Below the pieces are notes generated by a model. That model was not told the DNA's origin, did not search any database, and was given only the letters and a program-made list of their open reading frames with translations. Positions 1 to 9,712 of a DNA stretch of 64,000 nucleotides are shown here, one piece after another. A program made the position numbers and the translations under genes. The DNA comes from an uncultured Verrucomicrobiae bacterium (GTDB taxonomy: Bacteria; Verrucomicrobiota; Verrucomicrobiia; Chthoniobacterales; UBA10450), in assembly GCA_963758425.1 (NCBI GenBank), contig CAVWVV010000019.1, positions 20,129 to 84,128 of the forward strand. Direction: 5' to 3'. Each line of letters opens with the position of its first letter. Position 1 is the first letter of the stretch.

Positions 1-301
1 TGAAAGCACACTTGATTAGGTTATCCGCGTGTAAAATCGCCAGCCTTATCGCGATTTGCGTATGTTTTCTGGCTTCACACTATCTTCGCCCAAGAAACAA
101 ACATTCAGAAGGCGAGCGGAAGTCAGGGCCATTGCCGGAGTCCTTTCATTTGTTTGGAAGGGGAGAGGACTCAGGTGAGGGGTTGCATCGTCTAGACGTC
201 GATTGCCCAACCTGAACCCTCAACCTCACCCTTATGAAGGGCGATGCGACCCATGCGCCTCAAAAATGATTTGATCTGCCATTGCACCGCTGCGCAGGCT
301 T

Positions 302-1780
302 TCACGTTTTCTGTTGCCTCTGGGAGATCGACGGACGCGCCTTATGCCAGTCTGTGCTCTGCTCGTAGGCGTGCGCCATTTGCAGAATGCGCGCTTCATC
401 CAGCGGTCGGCCTAACAACTGCAAGCCAATCGGTAGGCGATGCCCGTCTACCTCCGCGAAACCGCACGGCACACTGATTCCGCAGATTCCAGCCAGGTTG
501 GCTGCGATCGTGAAAATATCGGCGAGATACATTTGCAACGGATCTGCGGTGCGTTCGCCTAGTCTGAACGCCGGCACCGGCGACGTCGGTGAAATCAATG
601 CGTCGACTTTTTCAAACGCGTTCGCGAAATCCTGGCGGATCAGCTCGCGCACTTTTTGTGCACGCAAATAATAGGCGTCGTAATAGCCGGAGCTCAAAAC
701 ATAGGTGCCGAGAATGATGCGCCGCTTGACTTCGGGCCCGAAACCTTGCTCACGCGTGCGGCCATAAAGATCGAGCATGTCCTTGGGATTTTCCGCTCGA
801 TATCCATAACGCACGCCATCAAAGCGAGCGAGGTTGGCGGAGGCTTCTGCCGTGGCCAGAATGTAATAGACCGCGACCGCGTAATCAGTATGGGGCAATG
901 AGACATCGACAATCTCGGCCCCTAACGAATTCATCTGTTTCACCGCGGCGTCGGTCGCAGCTTTCACTTGTGGATCGATCCCTTCGATCATGTATTCCTT
1001 CGGCAGACCCAACCGGACTCCGCGCAAATCGTTTCCGAGTTTTGCAACATAGTCAGGCACCGGCTCGTTGAGAGAAGTGCTGTCTTGCGGATCATGACCT
1101 GCGATGGCGTTGATGATAAGCGCGGCGTCGCGGACGGTTTTGGTCAATGGCCCGATTTGATCGAGTGACGAAGCGAACGCGACGAGACCAAATCGCGACA
1201 CCCGCCCGTAAGTCGGTTTGAACCCGACGACACCCGACATCGCAGCGGGTTGCCTAATTGAGCCGCCAGTATCGCTGCCTAATGCGCCGAACGCTGCGTC
1301 CGCCGCGACTGCTGCCGCCGAACCGCCACTGGAGCCGCCCGGTACGCGCGACAAATCCCACGGATTGCGCGTCAACTTCACTCCAGAATTTTCGGTGGAC
1401 GAACCCATGGCAAACTCGTCCAGGTTGGTTTTTCCAAATGGGATTGCCCCTGCAGCGCGCAATCTTTGAACGACGGTGGCGTTGTATGGGGCTCGATAAC
1501 CGCGCAAGATCTTTGAGGCGCACGTGCAAGGCTGACCCATCACATTGATGATGTCTTTGATTGCAAGCGGGACGCCGCCCAATGGAAGATCGACATTCGC
1601 CTCCTCCGCTTCTTTAATCGCAGCATCAGTGTCCAGCGACAGATAAGCGCCAATCTGTCCATCGACAGCTTCAATGCGTTCTCGCAGAGCATCGATGACT
1701 TCACGCGCGGAAACCTGCCTGCGACGCAACAATGATTGCAGATCGGCGATGCTAAGCGCCGGCAGATCCTTATCCGTCAT
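302..1780 (-). CDS. gatA: Glu-tRNA(Gln)/Asp-tRNA(Asn) amidotransferase subunit A
   Basis: 492-aa ORF with the amidase-signature region ([11 protein letters not shown]..., [25 protein letters not shown]). Its start overlaps the gatC stop by 4 nt. Confidence 0.95.
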   Translation of the reverse strand: MTDKDLPALSIADLQSLLRRRQVSAREVIDALRERIEAVDGQIGAYLSLDTDAAIKEAEEANVDLPLGGVPLAIKDIINVMGQPCTCASKILRGYRAPYNATVVQRLRAAGAIPFGKTNLDEFAMGSSTENSGVKLTRNPWDLSRVPGGSSGGSAAAVAADAAFGALGSDTGGSIRQPAAMSGVVGFKPTYGRVSRFGLVAFASSLDQIGPLTKTVRDAALIINAIAGHDPQDSTSLNEPVPDYVAKLGNDLRGVRLGLPKEYMIEGIDPQVKAATDAAVKQMNSLGAEIVDVSLPHTDYAVAVYYILATAEASANLARFDGVRYGYRAENPKDMLDLYGRTREQGFGPEVKRRIILGTYVLSSGYYDAYYLRAQKVRELIRQDFANAFEKVDALISPTSPVPAFRLGERTADPLQMYLADIFTIAANLAGICGISVPCGFAEVDGHRLPIGLQLLGRPLDEARILQMAHAYEQSTDWHKARPSISQRQQKT

Positions 1781-2067
1781 TCCACAACTTTAGGGACGAT
1801 AAAAAGACCGTTCGCCTTTCGGGGGGCATTGCTCAACGCTTGTTCCGCCGTAAACCAGTCACGCGGCGCGTCCTCGCGGAAAACATTGAAAATCGGAAGT
1901 GCGTGAGCAGCCGCTTCCACACGGCTCACGTCAGCCTGGCGAAGTTTTTCGACGTAATTGAGCACATCGCCCAATTGCTCCTGGAAAGCGTTCGCTTCCT
2001 CTTCAGACAGATTGATCCGCGCCAGTCTGGCGACGTACGCAACATCAAGATCCGCGGCCCCGGCCAT
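1777..2067 (-). CDS. gatC: Glu-tRNA(Gln)/Asp-tRNA(Asn) amidotransferase subunit C
   Basis: 96-aa ORF with a typical GatC sequence ([16 protein letters not shown]...[15 protein letters not shown]). Translationally coupled to gatA. Confidence 0.9.
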   Translation of the reverse strand: MAGAADLDVAYVARLARINLSEEEANAFQEQLGDVLNYVEKLRQADVSRVEAAAHALPIFNVFREDAPRDWFTAEQALSNAPRKANGLFIVPKVVE

Positions 2068-2076
2068 GGTCGTCGT

Positions 2077-2418
2077 TCAAGAATGCAGGTTGCTGATTAG
2101 CCAGATGACGGCTCCTGCAATCGCGACCAGAAGAAGGAGAAAAATGATTTGGCCGTCTCGCCGCTCTTTGCGCATCGAACGAGGACGCTTGGAACGTCTG
2201 CTTTCGCGCTGGTCTTGCGCCGCGACCGAGACGCGGAATCGTTTATTGGTTCGATTATCCTTTGATCCTTGTTCCGCCCTGTTTTTCTCGATCAGCGGCA
2301 CCTTCGCAACAAGCCGCTCGAGTTTTTCGAGTCTTTCGTGCAGGTCCGCTTCCTGTCGTGCAATTTCTTCCTGCCTGCGACGAAGCGGCGGGCTGGACTT
2401 GGGCGAACGACGAAACAT
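2077..2418 (-). CDS. hypothetical basic protein with C-terminal transmembrane anchor
   Basis: ORF 2077..2514 trimmed to the internal ATG at 2418, which lies immediately after the stop of the upstream ORF. The body is Arg/Lys/Glu-rich and ends in a hydrophobic helix (IIFLLLLVAIAGAVIWLISNL). Confidence 0.45.
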   Translation of the reverse strand: MFRRSPKSSPPLRRRQEEIARQEADLHERLEKLERLVAKVPLIEKNRAEQGSKDNRTNKRFRVSVAAQDQRESRRSKRPRSMRKERRDGQIIFLLLLVAIAGAVIWLISNLHS

Positions 2419-2420
2419 CG

Positions 2421-3044
2421 CTATCGCTGGTTCGCCATCCAAACGAAAAGAGCGAGGGCAACAGCGCCAAAGATAATCAGGGGCAAAGTGAGTGCGACGC
2501 CAATCTGGAACCACTGAAAAAATGAACGCCTGTCGCTGCTCTCGTAAGCGTCTGTCCCCACGTCAGGCAGTGACGCATCGCCTTCATTTCCACCCGCTGC
2601 CTGCAACCGGCTGCGTTGCTCATTGTAGACCGTGCGCGCCTCATCCACTGTGCTCAAAGCCCGGCTCAACTCCTTGTGCAAATCGGAGGGGTTCCAACTC
2701 TTTGGATCAATCGCTTCAATCAATTCCAAATGCTGGCCGAAACTCTCCCGGGCTGCGCGAATTTGCTCGAGCCGGCTTTGTGCATTGTACCCCTCACGCT
2801 CGAGCACAACGAGCGAGCGAGTCAGTTTATCGGCAATCTCCGCGCGACCGTGCTCCAATTCCTCCTGGCGACGACTTAGTTCCTCCAGCTCGCGCTTTTG
2901 TTTTTCGATCTGCTCTTGCTGGCGTTTGAGCTGGAGCAGTTGCTCCTGCGCCTTTTGTACTTGCGAATCCAGATGCTCGGGAGAGAGCGATTCGTCCTCG
3001 CTCAATTCGAGCATTTGTTCAACCTGTCGAAGTTTTTCTGCCAT
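2421..3044 (-). CDS. coiled-coil protein with C-terminal transmembrane anchor
   Basis: 207-aa ORF with a long Glu/Gln/Leu-rich heptad-like region and a terminal hydrophobic helix (IGVALTLPLIIFGAVALALFVWM). Same strand as gatCA and directly downstream of it. Confidence 0.5.
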   Translation of the reverse strand: MAEKLRQVEQMLELSEDESLSPEHLDSQVQKAQEQLLQLKRQQEQIEKQKRELEELSRRQEELEHGRAEIADKLTRSLVVLEREGYNAQSRLEQIRAARESFGQHLELIEAIDPKSWNPSDLHKELSRALSTVDEARTVYNEQRSRLQAAGGNEGDASLPDVGTDAYESSDRRSFFQWFQIGVALTLPLIIFGAVALALFVWMANQR

Positions 3045-3144
3045 GACAAATCGGGACTCGCCGTCCGGGCGCGCTGTAGCGCCACATTAAATGGCTCAAT
3101 ACAAAATTCCAGATATTTCTCGCTTTCATCGCAACTAATCACCG

Positions 3145-4314
3145 TCATCGTCCCGGCATCATTTCCAGAAGGAAACCTTTGAAATATTCCGTTTCGGGAA
3201 TCGTGGGCAGCACGGGATGATCAGGCGCCTGCTCGAACCGGCGCAATCGTCGCGCGGAACGCCGGGCATCGACAAGCGAATCGGCGATTGTCTGCGAAAA
3301 TGCGGTATCGCTCAAGTGATGGGAGCATGAAAAAGTGGCCAGGAGGCCATCCTTCGACAAGAGCTTGAACGCGCGCATGTGCAATTCCCGATAGCCCCGC
3401 AGCGCGTCGTGCAATCCGCTCCTGGTTTTTGTAAAAGACGGCGGATCGAGAACAATCAAATCATACTGCGCCTCGGCTTTTTCGGTCGCCCGCAGGAACT
3501 GAAAAACATCCTGCTCGATCCATCGCGCTTTCAAATCGTTGCGAACCGCGTTTCGTTTCGCACCTGCAATGTTCTCGGAGCTTTTTTCAACACCGATCAC
3601 GTCCGCCGCACCCGCGCGGGCGCAGGTCAGCGCAAATGCTCCCTGATTTGTGAAGCAATCCAGCACGCGTCGGCCAGGCGCGAATTCGGCAACGATAAAA
3701 TAATTGTGTTTTTGATCGAGATAAAAACCGGTCTTTTGTCCATGCAAAAGATCGATTTCGAACTTTACGCCTTGGATTTCGATCTCGATTTGCGATGCAC
3801 TGTCTCCGCGCAAAACGCCTGCGTGCAATTCCAATCCTTCCGCCTTCCGAACAGGCGCGTCATTTCGCTCGATGATCGTGGCGTTCCCAAAAAGATCAAT
3901 AATCGCATTGGCGAGCAAATCTCTTCGCATGTCCATCGCGAGCGTGAGCGTTTGCATCACGAAATGATCGCCGTATCTGTCGATGATTAACCCCGGCAAT
4001 CCGTCGCTTTCGCTCCAAACAACACGGCAGAGTTTTGGATCGACACCGCGTCGTGTCCGGTATTCTGCCGCTTGCGCGATGCGTCGTTTGAAGAAATCCA
4101 GGTCCAATTCCTGTTTCCGACGCGAAAAACGCCGCGCCACAATTTGTGACTTGGAATTGTAGATCGCACTGCCGATCAGACGATCCTTACCGTCCTTGAG
4201 GGAAATGACATCGCCATCCGCCGGTTTTCCAAAGACCTTCAGCACTTCGCTGGAAAATACCCAATCGTGTCCGTGCAAAATTCGCGCCCGCGGTTTGACA
4301 ACAATTCCGGCCAT
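3145..4314 (-). CDS. rlmI: class I SAM-dependent rRNA (cytosine-C5) methyltransferase, RlmI/YwbD-like
   Basis: 389-aa ORF. It has a PUA-like N-terminus, a SAM-binding stretch (RVLDCFTNQGAFAL) and motif IV (LIVLDPPSF). Confidence 0.8.
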   Translation of the reverse strand: MAGIVVKPRARILHGHDWVFSSEVLKVFGKPADGDVISLKDGKDRLIGSAIYNSKSQIVARRFSRRKQELDLDFFKRRIAQAAEYRTRRGVDPKLCRVVWSESDGLPGLIIDRYGDHFVMQTLTLAMDMRRDLLANAIIDLFGNATIIERNDAPVRKAEGLELHAGVLRGDSASQIEIEIQGVKFEIDLLHGQKTGFYLDQKHNYFIVAEFAPGRRVLDCFTNQGAFALTCARAGAADVIGVEKSSENIAGAKRNAVRNDLKARWIEQDVFQFLRATEKAEAQYDLIVLDPPSFTKTRSGLHDALRGYRELHMRAFKLLSKDGLLATFSCSHHLSDTAFSQTIADSLVDARRSARRLRRFEQAPDHPVLPTIPETEYFKGFLLEMMPGR

Positions 4315-4323
4315 ACTTGAAGT

Positions 4324-4414
4324 GAGACGTGAGATGTGAAAGGTGAGAAGTAATTAACCGATAACATCTCACATCTCACATCTCACATCTCACATCTCAC
4401 ATCTCACATCTCAC
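4324..4414. repeat. inverted arrays of a 7-nt tandem repeat (4 degenerate GAGATGT copies, 12-nt spacer, 7 perfect ACATCTC copies)
   Basis: Read directly. Left arm 4324-4351: GAGACGT GAGATGT GAAAGGT GAGAAGT. Right arm 4364-4412: ACATCTC x7, plus a partial AC. Confidence 0.95.
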
Positions 4415-4429
4415 CAATCACAGCTGCTT

Positions 4430-5326
4430 ATGCAAACTGACGTTCAATCCTCAATCGACCTTCCCGGAATCAAAAAACTGCGCAGCGGCAAGGTGCGCGA
4501 AGTCTTTGATCTTGGCGACACGCTACTGTTTGTCGTAACCGATCGCATCTCGGCTTTCGATGTGATCCTGCCCGACCCGATTCCTCACAAGGGCGCGGTC
4601 CTCAACCAAATTTCCGCGTTTTGGTTCAAGCGTTTCGAGACGATCCAGAATCACCTTGTGACGTCGAATTTCGAAGAGTTCCCGAAGGAGTTGCAACCGT
4701 TCCGCGAGCAACTCGCAGGGCGTTCGATGATCGTTAAGAAAACGAAGCCGCTCGCGGTGGAATGCGTGGTGCGCGGTTATCTTGCTGGATCCGGTTGGAA
4801 AGAATATCAGCAATCGCAGAGCGTTTGCGGAATAAAACTTCCAGCCGGGCTAGAGCTGGCGTCGCAATTGCCGGAGCCGATCTTCACGCCGGCGACAAAG
4901 GCAGAGCAAGGTCATGACGAGAACATCGACATGAAACAATGTGCTCAGATTCTCGGCGACGAAATCGCCAACCGCGTGAAAAAGTTAAGTCTCGAAATCT
5001 ATTCGCGCGGCCGCGAGCACGCCGCACAGAAGGGAATTATCGTTGCAGACACGAAATTCGAGTTTGGCATCGTCGATGGAGAATTGCTTTTGATCGACGA
5101 ATGCCTCACGCCGGACTCTTCGCGATTCTGGCCGAAAAATGAATACGTCGTCGGGCAGAGCCCGCCTAGCTTCGATAAACAATTCGTGCGCGATTATCTG
5201 GAGACGCTCGACTGGGACAAAACTCCGCCTGCGCCGCGTCTGCCGAACGATGTGATCGAGAAAACGTCGGCGAAATACCTCGAAGCTTTCCGCCGCCTAA
5301 CGGACCGCGAACTCGCAACCGCCTAG
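4430..5326 (+). CDS. purC: phosphoribosylaminoimidazole-succinocarboxamide (SAICAR) synthase
   Basis: 298-aa ORF with PurC hallmarks ([26 protein letters not shown]). Confidence 0.95.
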   Translation: MQTDVQSSIDLPGIKKLRSGKVREVFDLGDTLLFVVTDRISAFDVILPDPIPHKGAVLNQISAFWFKRFETIQNHLVTSNFEEFPKELQPFREQLAGRSMIVKKTKPLAVECVVRGYLAGSGWKEYQQSQSVCGIKLPAGLELASQLPEPIFTPATKAEQGHDENIDMKQCAQILGDEIANRVKKLSLEIYSRGREHAAQKGIIVADTKFEFGIVDGELLLIDECLTPDSSRFWPKNEYVVGQSPPSFDKQFVRDYLETLDWDKTPPAPRLPNDVIEKTSAKYLEAFRRLTDRELATA

Positions 5327-5364
5327 CCGTGAAGCCTACAACAAGGTCTTTGCGCTTCTGCCCG

Positions 5365-5470
5365 CCTCTCCCCTTGCCACAAGGGGAGAGGATTCAGGTG
5401 AGGGGTTCTGGACAACGTAGAAGGCAAACCGCAATCCCTCACCCTGCCCTCTCCCTTGTAAAGGGAGAGG
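5365..5470. repeat. REP-like palindromic element, family A (inverted doublet)
   Basis: Hairpin CCTCTCCCCTTGCCACAAGGGGAGAGG followed by CAGGTGAGGGG. This faces CCCTCACCCTG followed by hairpin CCCTCTCCCTTGTAAAGGGAGAGG. Related copies lie at 158-245 and 7130-7169. Confidence 0.7.
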
Positions 5471-5553
5471 CGAATTACGCGCTAATGCAAAGAAAAAAGG
5501 CGTTAGCCGCACCGCACTAGCGATTCGCGCGTCTGCGCAGAATCTTCGAGAAA

Positions 5554-7074
5554 ATGTCACCGAGCCGACCCGATATACTGTTTATCATGACGGACCAACA
5601 GCGGTTCGATACCATCGCTGCGCTCGGTAACTCGCACATTTACACCCCTAACCTCGATCGACTGGTGCGCAGGGGACTCAGCTTTTCTAATGCATACGCG
5701 ACTTGTCCAGTTTGCGTTGCCGCTCGGTATACCATTCGCACGGGATGTGAACCGCCGACGACCCGCGTTTTCAGCAATGTGAAGGCAAATCCTGTGGCCG
5801 GCCAGGCTGCGGAGATGGAAGCCCGTTGCGGGCCGTATCTGGGGCGGATCATGTCGCGCCTGGGGTACCGGACTTTCGGAATCGGAAAGTTCCATACATA
5901 TCCGTGGAATGAAGACTTGGGTTACGAAACGCTGTGGCGGAGCGAAGAGATGTACCATCCGAACAAGCGGCAGGGCGACGATTACGCTTCGTGGCTGGCT
6001 CGCGAGCATCCGGCATTCGATTTCCTGGAGCAACCAATGGGCGAACGCACCGAGATGTATTACATTCCACAGCGCAGTCCGTTTCCGCCGGAGCTAGGCG
6101 TCGAATGGTGGGCTGCCGATCGCGCCGTGCAGGGGATTACAAGCTCAGATGATCCACGGCCTTTTTTCGGGTTTGTATCATTCGTCGGCCCGCATCCGCC
6201 GCTGGCTCCCCCAATTCCTTTCAATCGGATGTACAATCCCGATCGCATGCCGGACCTCGTTTACGGCAGCGTCGAGGAAGATCATCTGGATGAAGAGATT
6301 CCATTCATGCGATATGCCATTTGGGCGGATGCGATCAACCCGGCGTTGGCACGAATCGTGAAGGCCCGATACTACGGCGAGATCAGTTATCTGGATCATT
6401 GCCTTGGCCGAATACTTGATGCTGTCGAAGCGCGACCGAACTCGGAGAATGTCCTTATCTGCTTTTTTTCGGACCATGGCGATCTTATGGGCGATCATCA
6501 CGGCTGGCAAAAACAAAACTTCTTTGAGGCTGCATGCCGTGTTCCTTTCCTGCTCAGTTGGCCGGCGCTGCTACCGGCGGGAGCTATGCGGGATGAGTTA
6601 ATCAGCCTTGCGGACTTGTTCGGAATCGCGACTGAGGCGGCTGGCGAGTGCGACGTGCGGGAGGGCACGAACGTTTTGAAAATGCTGCGAGGCGAGTGCG
6701 CGCCGCGTGATTATCTTATTGGTATGGTTGAACCGCCCGGCTCACACGATTTCAAACTCATGGTCGTGACCGACGAGTGGAAATATATTTTCATGGCGAA
6801 CGGTGGCCGGGAACAGCTTTTCAATCTCAGGCGAGATCCCAAGGAACTGTCGAACTCCGTCGCATCGGATTCTAAAATCAGGAACGATCTGCACGCTTTG
6901 GGTGTGCAAGCATGCCAGGTTCCAGGCGCAATGGACGCGCTCGATAGCGACGAGCTTCGCACTTTTCCTTTTCGCGAACGCCCGCGGACGCGCATCTATC
7001 AATTCGACCAGTCGCGTGGCGTCGTTGGATTTCCCGATGCCCCACAGAACGCATTGAAAGGTTTCGACTGGTAG
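5554..7074 (+). CDS. sulfatase (formylglycine-dependent arylsulfatase family)
   Basis: 506-aa ORF. It has an N-terminal ILFIMTDQQRFD motif, a C-x-A-x-R type active-site motif (CVAAR, followed by YTIRTG) and a downstream FFSDHGD motif. Confidence 0.85.
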   Translation: MSPSRPDILFIMTDQQRFDTIAALGNSHIYTPNLDRLVRRGLSFSNAYATCPVCVAARYTIRTGCEPPTTRVFSNVKANPVAGQAAEMEARCGPYLGRIMSRLGYRTFGIGKFHTYPWNEDLGYETLWRSEEMYHPNKRQGDDYASWLAREHPAFDFLEQPMGERTEMYYIPQRSPFPPELGVEWWAADRAVQGITSSDDPRPFFGFVSFVGPHPPLAPPIPFNRMYNPDRMPDLVYGSVEEDHLDEEIPFMRYAIWADAINPALARIVKARYYGEISYLDHCLGRILDAVEARPNSENVLICFFSDHGDLMGDHHGWQKQNFFEAACRVPFLLSWPALLPAGAMRDELISLADLFGIATEAAGECDVREGTNVLKMLRGECAPRDYLIGMVEPPGSHDFKLMVVTDEWKYIFMANGGREQLFNLRRDPKELSNSVASDSKIRNDLHALGVQACQVPGAMDALDSDELRTFPFRERPRTRIYQFDQSRGVVGFPDAPQNALKGFDW

Positions 7075-7129
7075 TGTTGTAAATGGTTATTTGGTGTTCA
7101 GGCGGATAGTTGCGCCTGAGAACCTCGGA

Positions 7130-7169
7130 CCCCTCACCTCGATCCTCTCCCCTTGCCCAAGGGGAGAGG
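7130..7169. repeat. REP-like palindromic element, family A (single unit)
   Basis: CCCCTCACCTCGATCCTCTCCCCTTGCCCAAGGGGAGAGG has the same hairpin and flank as the 5365-5470 doublet. Confidence 0.6.
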
Positions 7170-7246
7170 CGAAACAAACGCCGTGGAACTGATAATTGAC
7201 CAACGCTACTGTTTTGATCGCTGCCAATTGAAGCGCATGAAGTAAT

Positions 7247-8722
7247 ATGGAGCTACCTCAGGAAAGTTTGGGCGTCGGTCTGAAGCCCGGGGATGCGCAT
7301 TACCGCGCGTATGTCGGTCCTCCGGACGATTACGACTTGATCGCAGCGATGGCGTTCAATCTCTTGACCACGCTGGGTCTGCGGCAGCATCATTCGCTAC
7401 TCGACGTCGGATGCGGTTCTCTTCGGATCGGTCGCTTGTTAATTCCTTATCTGAATCGCGGAAAGTATTTTGGCGTGGAGCCGAATGAATGGCTGGTCGA
7501 GGAAGGAATTAAACGGGAGCTCGGTGAAGCGTTGTTGGAAATTAAACGCCCGACATTCTTTTTTTCCGATTCACCGGAGACGATTGCCCAGGCGAAAGTC
7601 TCCTTCGATTTCGCGCTGGCCCAATCGATTTTTAGTCACTGTGGACTGGATCTGATCAAAAATTGGCTGTCCGCAATTTCGCGCTCACTTTCTGAAAATG
7701 GAGCTTTGGTCGCCACATTCCTGCCCAGCGAGGAGGACTCGCCAACCAAGGGTTGGGTCTATCCTGAATGTGTGAGTTACAGGCTAGCCACACTGAGACG
7801 CGAAGCGGCAGGAGCCGGTTTGCGATTCGAAATGCTGGATTGGAAGCATCCCAGGCAGAAATGGGCGCTTTTCGCCGCACCGAAGTTTGACTCAGGATGG
7901 TTCAAGAACAAACCCCTCACCTGGAATGCTGGACTGGAAAAAGTGCTCGCGAAAAACAAAGCCGGAGATGTCGCCCCGGCAGTACCAGCGATTCCCGCCG
8001 ATCTTTCGCACGCGCAAGGCCACGTCTACGATCAGGACGGACTGCGATCGATTCACAATCATGAATTCATGGACGATCCGGCTTTTCGAAAAGCTTACCA
8101 GCGCGGTGTTCGCGCCGCCGGCGACGATTATCGATGGCACTGGCGGGTTCACATCGGTCTATGGGCCGCGGCCAGCGCCGCTCAACTAAAAGGAGACTTC
8201 GTCGAGTGTGGCGTGAACCGAGGTTTTCTCTCCTCGACGATCATGGATTATCTGAACTGGGATTCCTTGGGAAAACAGTTTTATCTGCTGGATACTTTTC
8301 GCGGCCTGGATGAACGGTTTGTTTCATCCGCAGACAGGGCTTCAGGCGCAGTGGAGAAAAACAGAAAGAGCCTGGATTCGGGCTTTTATGTTCAGGGGAT
8401 CGAAGAAGTGCAGGCGAATTTTTCTCAATGGAAAAATGTCTCTCTCATCGAAGGATCGATTCCGGAAACTCTGCCGCAGGTTCGCGCGGAGAAGATCGCC
8501 TACCTGCATCTCGATATGAATTGTTCGGCGCCCGAGATTGCAGCGATCCACTTCTTTTGGGAGCGTCTCGTCCCGGGCGCATTTGTGCTTCTCGATGACT
8601 ACGCCTATTACGGCTATCTTTCGCAAAAAATTGCGATGGATCAGTTCGCCCAGGAAAAAGGGATCAAAATTTTGTCGTTGCCCACTGGCCAGGGGCTCTT
8701 GGTGAAGCCGGTCGACAGTTAG
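7247..8722 (+). CDS. two-domain methyltransferase (class I SAM MTase + TylF/MycF-type O-methyltransferase domain)
   Basis: 491-aa ORF. The N-terminal half has LLDVGCGSLRIG (SAM motif I). The C-terminal half has FVECGVNRG ... YLHLDMN ... FVLLDDY, typical of macrocin-O-methyltransferase-like proteins. Confidence 0.7.
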   Translation: MELPQESLGVGLKPGDAHYRAYVGPPDDYDLIAAMAFNLLTTLGLRQHHSLLDVGCGSLRIGRLLIPYLNRGKYFGVEPNEWLVEEGIKRELGEALLEIKRPTFFFSDSPETIAQAKVSFDFALAQSIFSHCGLDLIKNWLSAISRSLSENGALVATFLPSEEDSPTKGWVYPECVSYRLATLRREAAGAGLRFEMLDWKHPRQKWALFAAPKFDSGWFKNKPLTWNAGLEKVLAKNKAGDVAPAVPAIPADLSHAQGHVYDQDGLRSIHNHEFMDDPAFRKAYQRGVRAAGDDYRWHWRVHIGLWAAASAAQLKGDFVECGVNRGFLSSTIMDYLNWDSLGKQFYLLDTFRGLDERFVSSADRASGAVEKNRKSLDSGFYVQGIEEVQANFSQWKNVSLIEGSIPETLPQVRAEKIAYLHLDMNCSAPEIAAIHFFWERLVPGAFVLLDDYAYYGYLSQKIAMDQFAQEKGIKILSLPTGQGLLVKPVDS

Positions 8723-8995
8723 GAGCCTGTTGAGATACCCAGCCATGCCGCGTTGTTGCCGATCTTTCGTCTTTCCAAGGCGCGAGGAGTGCGCATACCC
8801 GCAGCGGTCTGTAACCAACGAGCAACGCCGGGAAGGCGAAAAAACGGCGCAACCCGGAGGGCGAGAGCGCCTTGGGCTGTCTGGCTGCGTTGCTCGCTCC
8901 TCACAGGTCACTGCGGACATGCTCGTCGCTCGCGCCTTGCCATCCACCCCAAACCACTCTCGCGCGGCGTGGCTGGGTATTTCAACAGGCTCCTA
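8720..8995. mobile_element. MITE-like / REPIN-like imperfect palindromic element (about 276 bp, 31-nt terminal inverted repeats)
   Basis: Left arm 8722-8752 (GGAGCCTGTTGAGATACCCAGCCATGCCGCG) matches the reverse complement of 8963-8993 at 29/31 positions. The interior halves are also roughly inverted copies. No ORF with protein-like sequence. Confidence 0.55.
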
Positions 8996-9001
8996 GGCAG
9001 A

Positions 9002-9712
9002 ATGGGTGCGCCGTCGCCGAGTTTGGAAATTTGTCCGGTATGCGGCGGCGGGCGGTTTACAAACGAACCAGTGCTCTGGCCGGAACTGGTCGAGCAATGG
9101 GAGTTGTCACCTAACGAAGTCGCTTACGTCAATCTACAGCAGGGTTTTTGCTGCGCGGCTTGCAAAAATAATCTGCGGACAATGACGTTGGCTGCGGCGA
9201 TGACCAAAGCGTTCGGATTCGCCGGCAGTTTCAAGGATTTCTGCCGCAACGACCCCGCGATTCGGCAACTTACTGTGATTGAAATCAATCCTGCCAAGAA
9301 TTTGTCCCCTTTTCTTCAGGCCCTTCCCAAACATGCGCTTCATTCCTTCCCCCAGCTCGACATGCAACGAATGAGCTTTGCGGATTCATCGATCGACGTC
9401 ATCATTCATTCCGACACGTTGGAACACGTTCCAGACTCAAAGGCCGCTCTGAAAGAGTCCCTGCGCGTTCTAAAACCGGGCGGCCATTTATTTTATACCG
9501 TGCCGATTGTTATTGGGCGCTTGACCCGGACACGGCACGGTTTGCCTCGAAGCTATCACGGAAGACCGGGAGTGAACCGGGACGATTGCATTGTGCAAAC
9601 GGAATACGGCGCCGATTTCTGGTCTGAGATTTTCGAGGCCGGATTTCGTGAACTGCGCCTGACGAGTCTGATCTTTCCTGCTTCCGTGGCGATCCATGCA
9701 ATCAAAACATAG
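9002..9712 (+). CDS. class I SAM-dependent methyltransferase with N-terminal Cys4 zinc-ribbon
   Basis: ORF 8753..9712 trimmed to the ATG at 9002, because the upstream part runs through the palindromic element. Motifs: CPVCGGG...CCAAC, then FADSSIDVIIHSDTLEHVPD and LKPGGHLFYTVP (Methyltransf_11-like). Confidence 0.7.
   Translation: MGAPSPSLEICPVCGGGRFTNEPVLWPELVEQWELSPNEVAYVNLQQGFCCAACKNNLRTMTLAAAMTKAFGFAGSFKDFCRNDPAIRQLTVIEINPAKNLSPFLQALPKHALHSFPQLDMQRMSFADSSIDVIIHSDTLEHVPDSKAALKESLRVLKPGGHLFYTVPIVIGRLTRTRHGLPRSYHGRPGVNRDDCIVQTEYGADFWSEIFEAGFRELRLTSLIFPASVAIHAIKT

Noticed and set aside
4364-4412. CRISPR-like array
   Set aside because: The repeat unit is 7 nt with no spacers, so it is a simple tandem repeat. 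No cas genes are present in the window.
8342-9001. 201-aa minus-strand ORF (8342..8947) and the first 83 codons of plus-strand ORF 8753..9712
   Set aside because: Both run through the palindromic MITE-like element and read as Arg/Pro/Ser-rich low-complexity sequence. The recognisable methyltransferase starts at the ATG at 9002.
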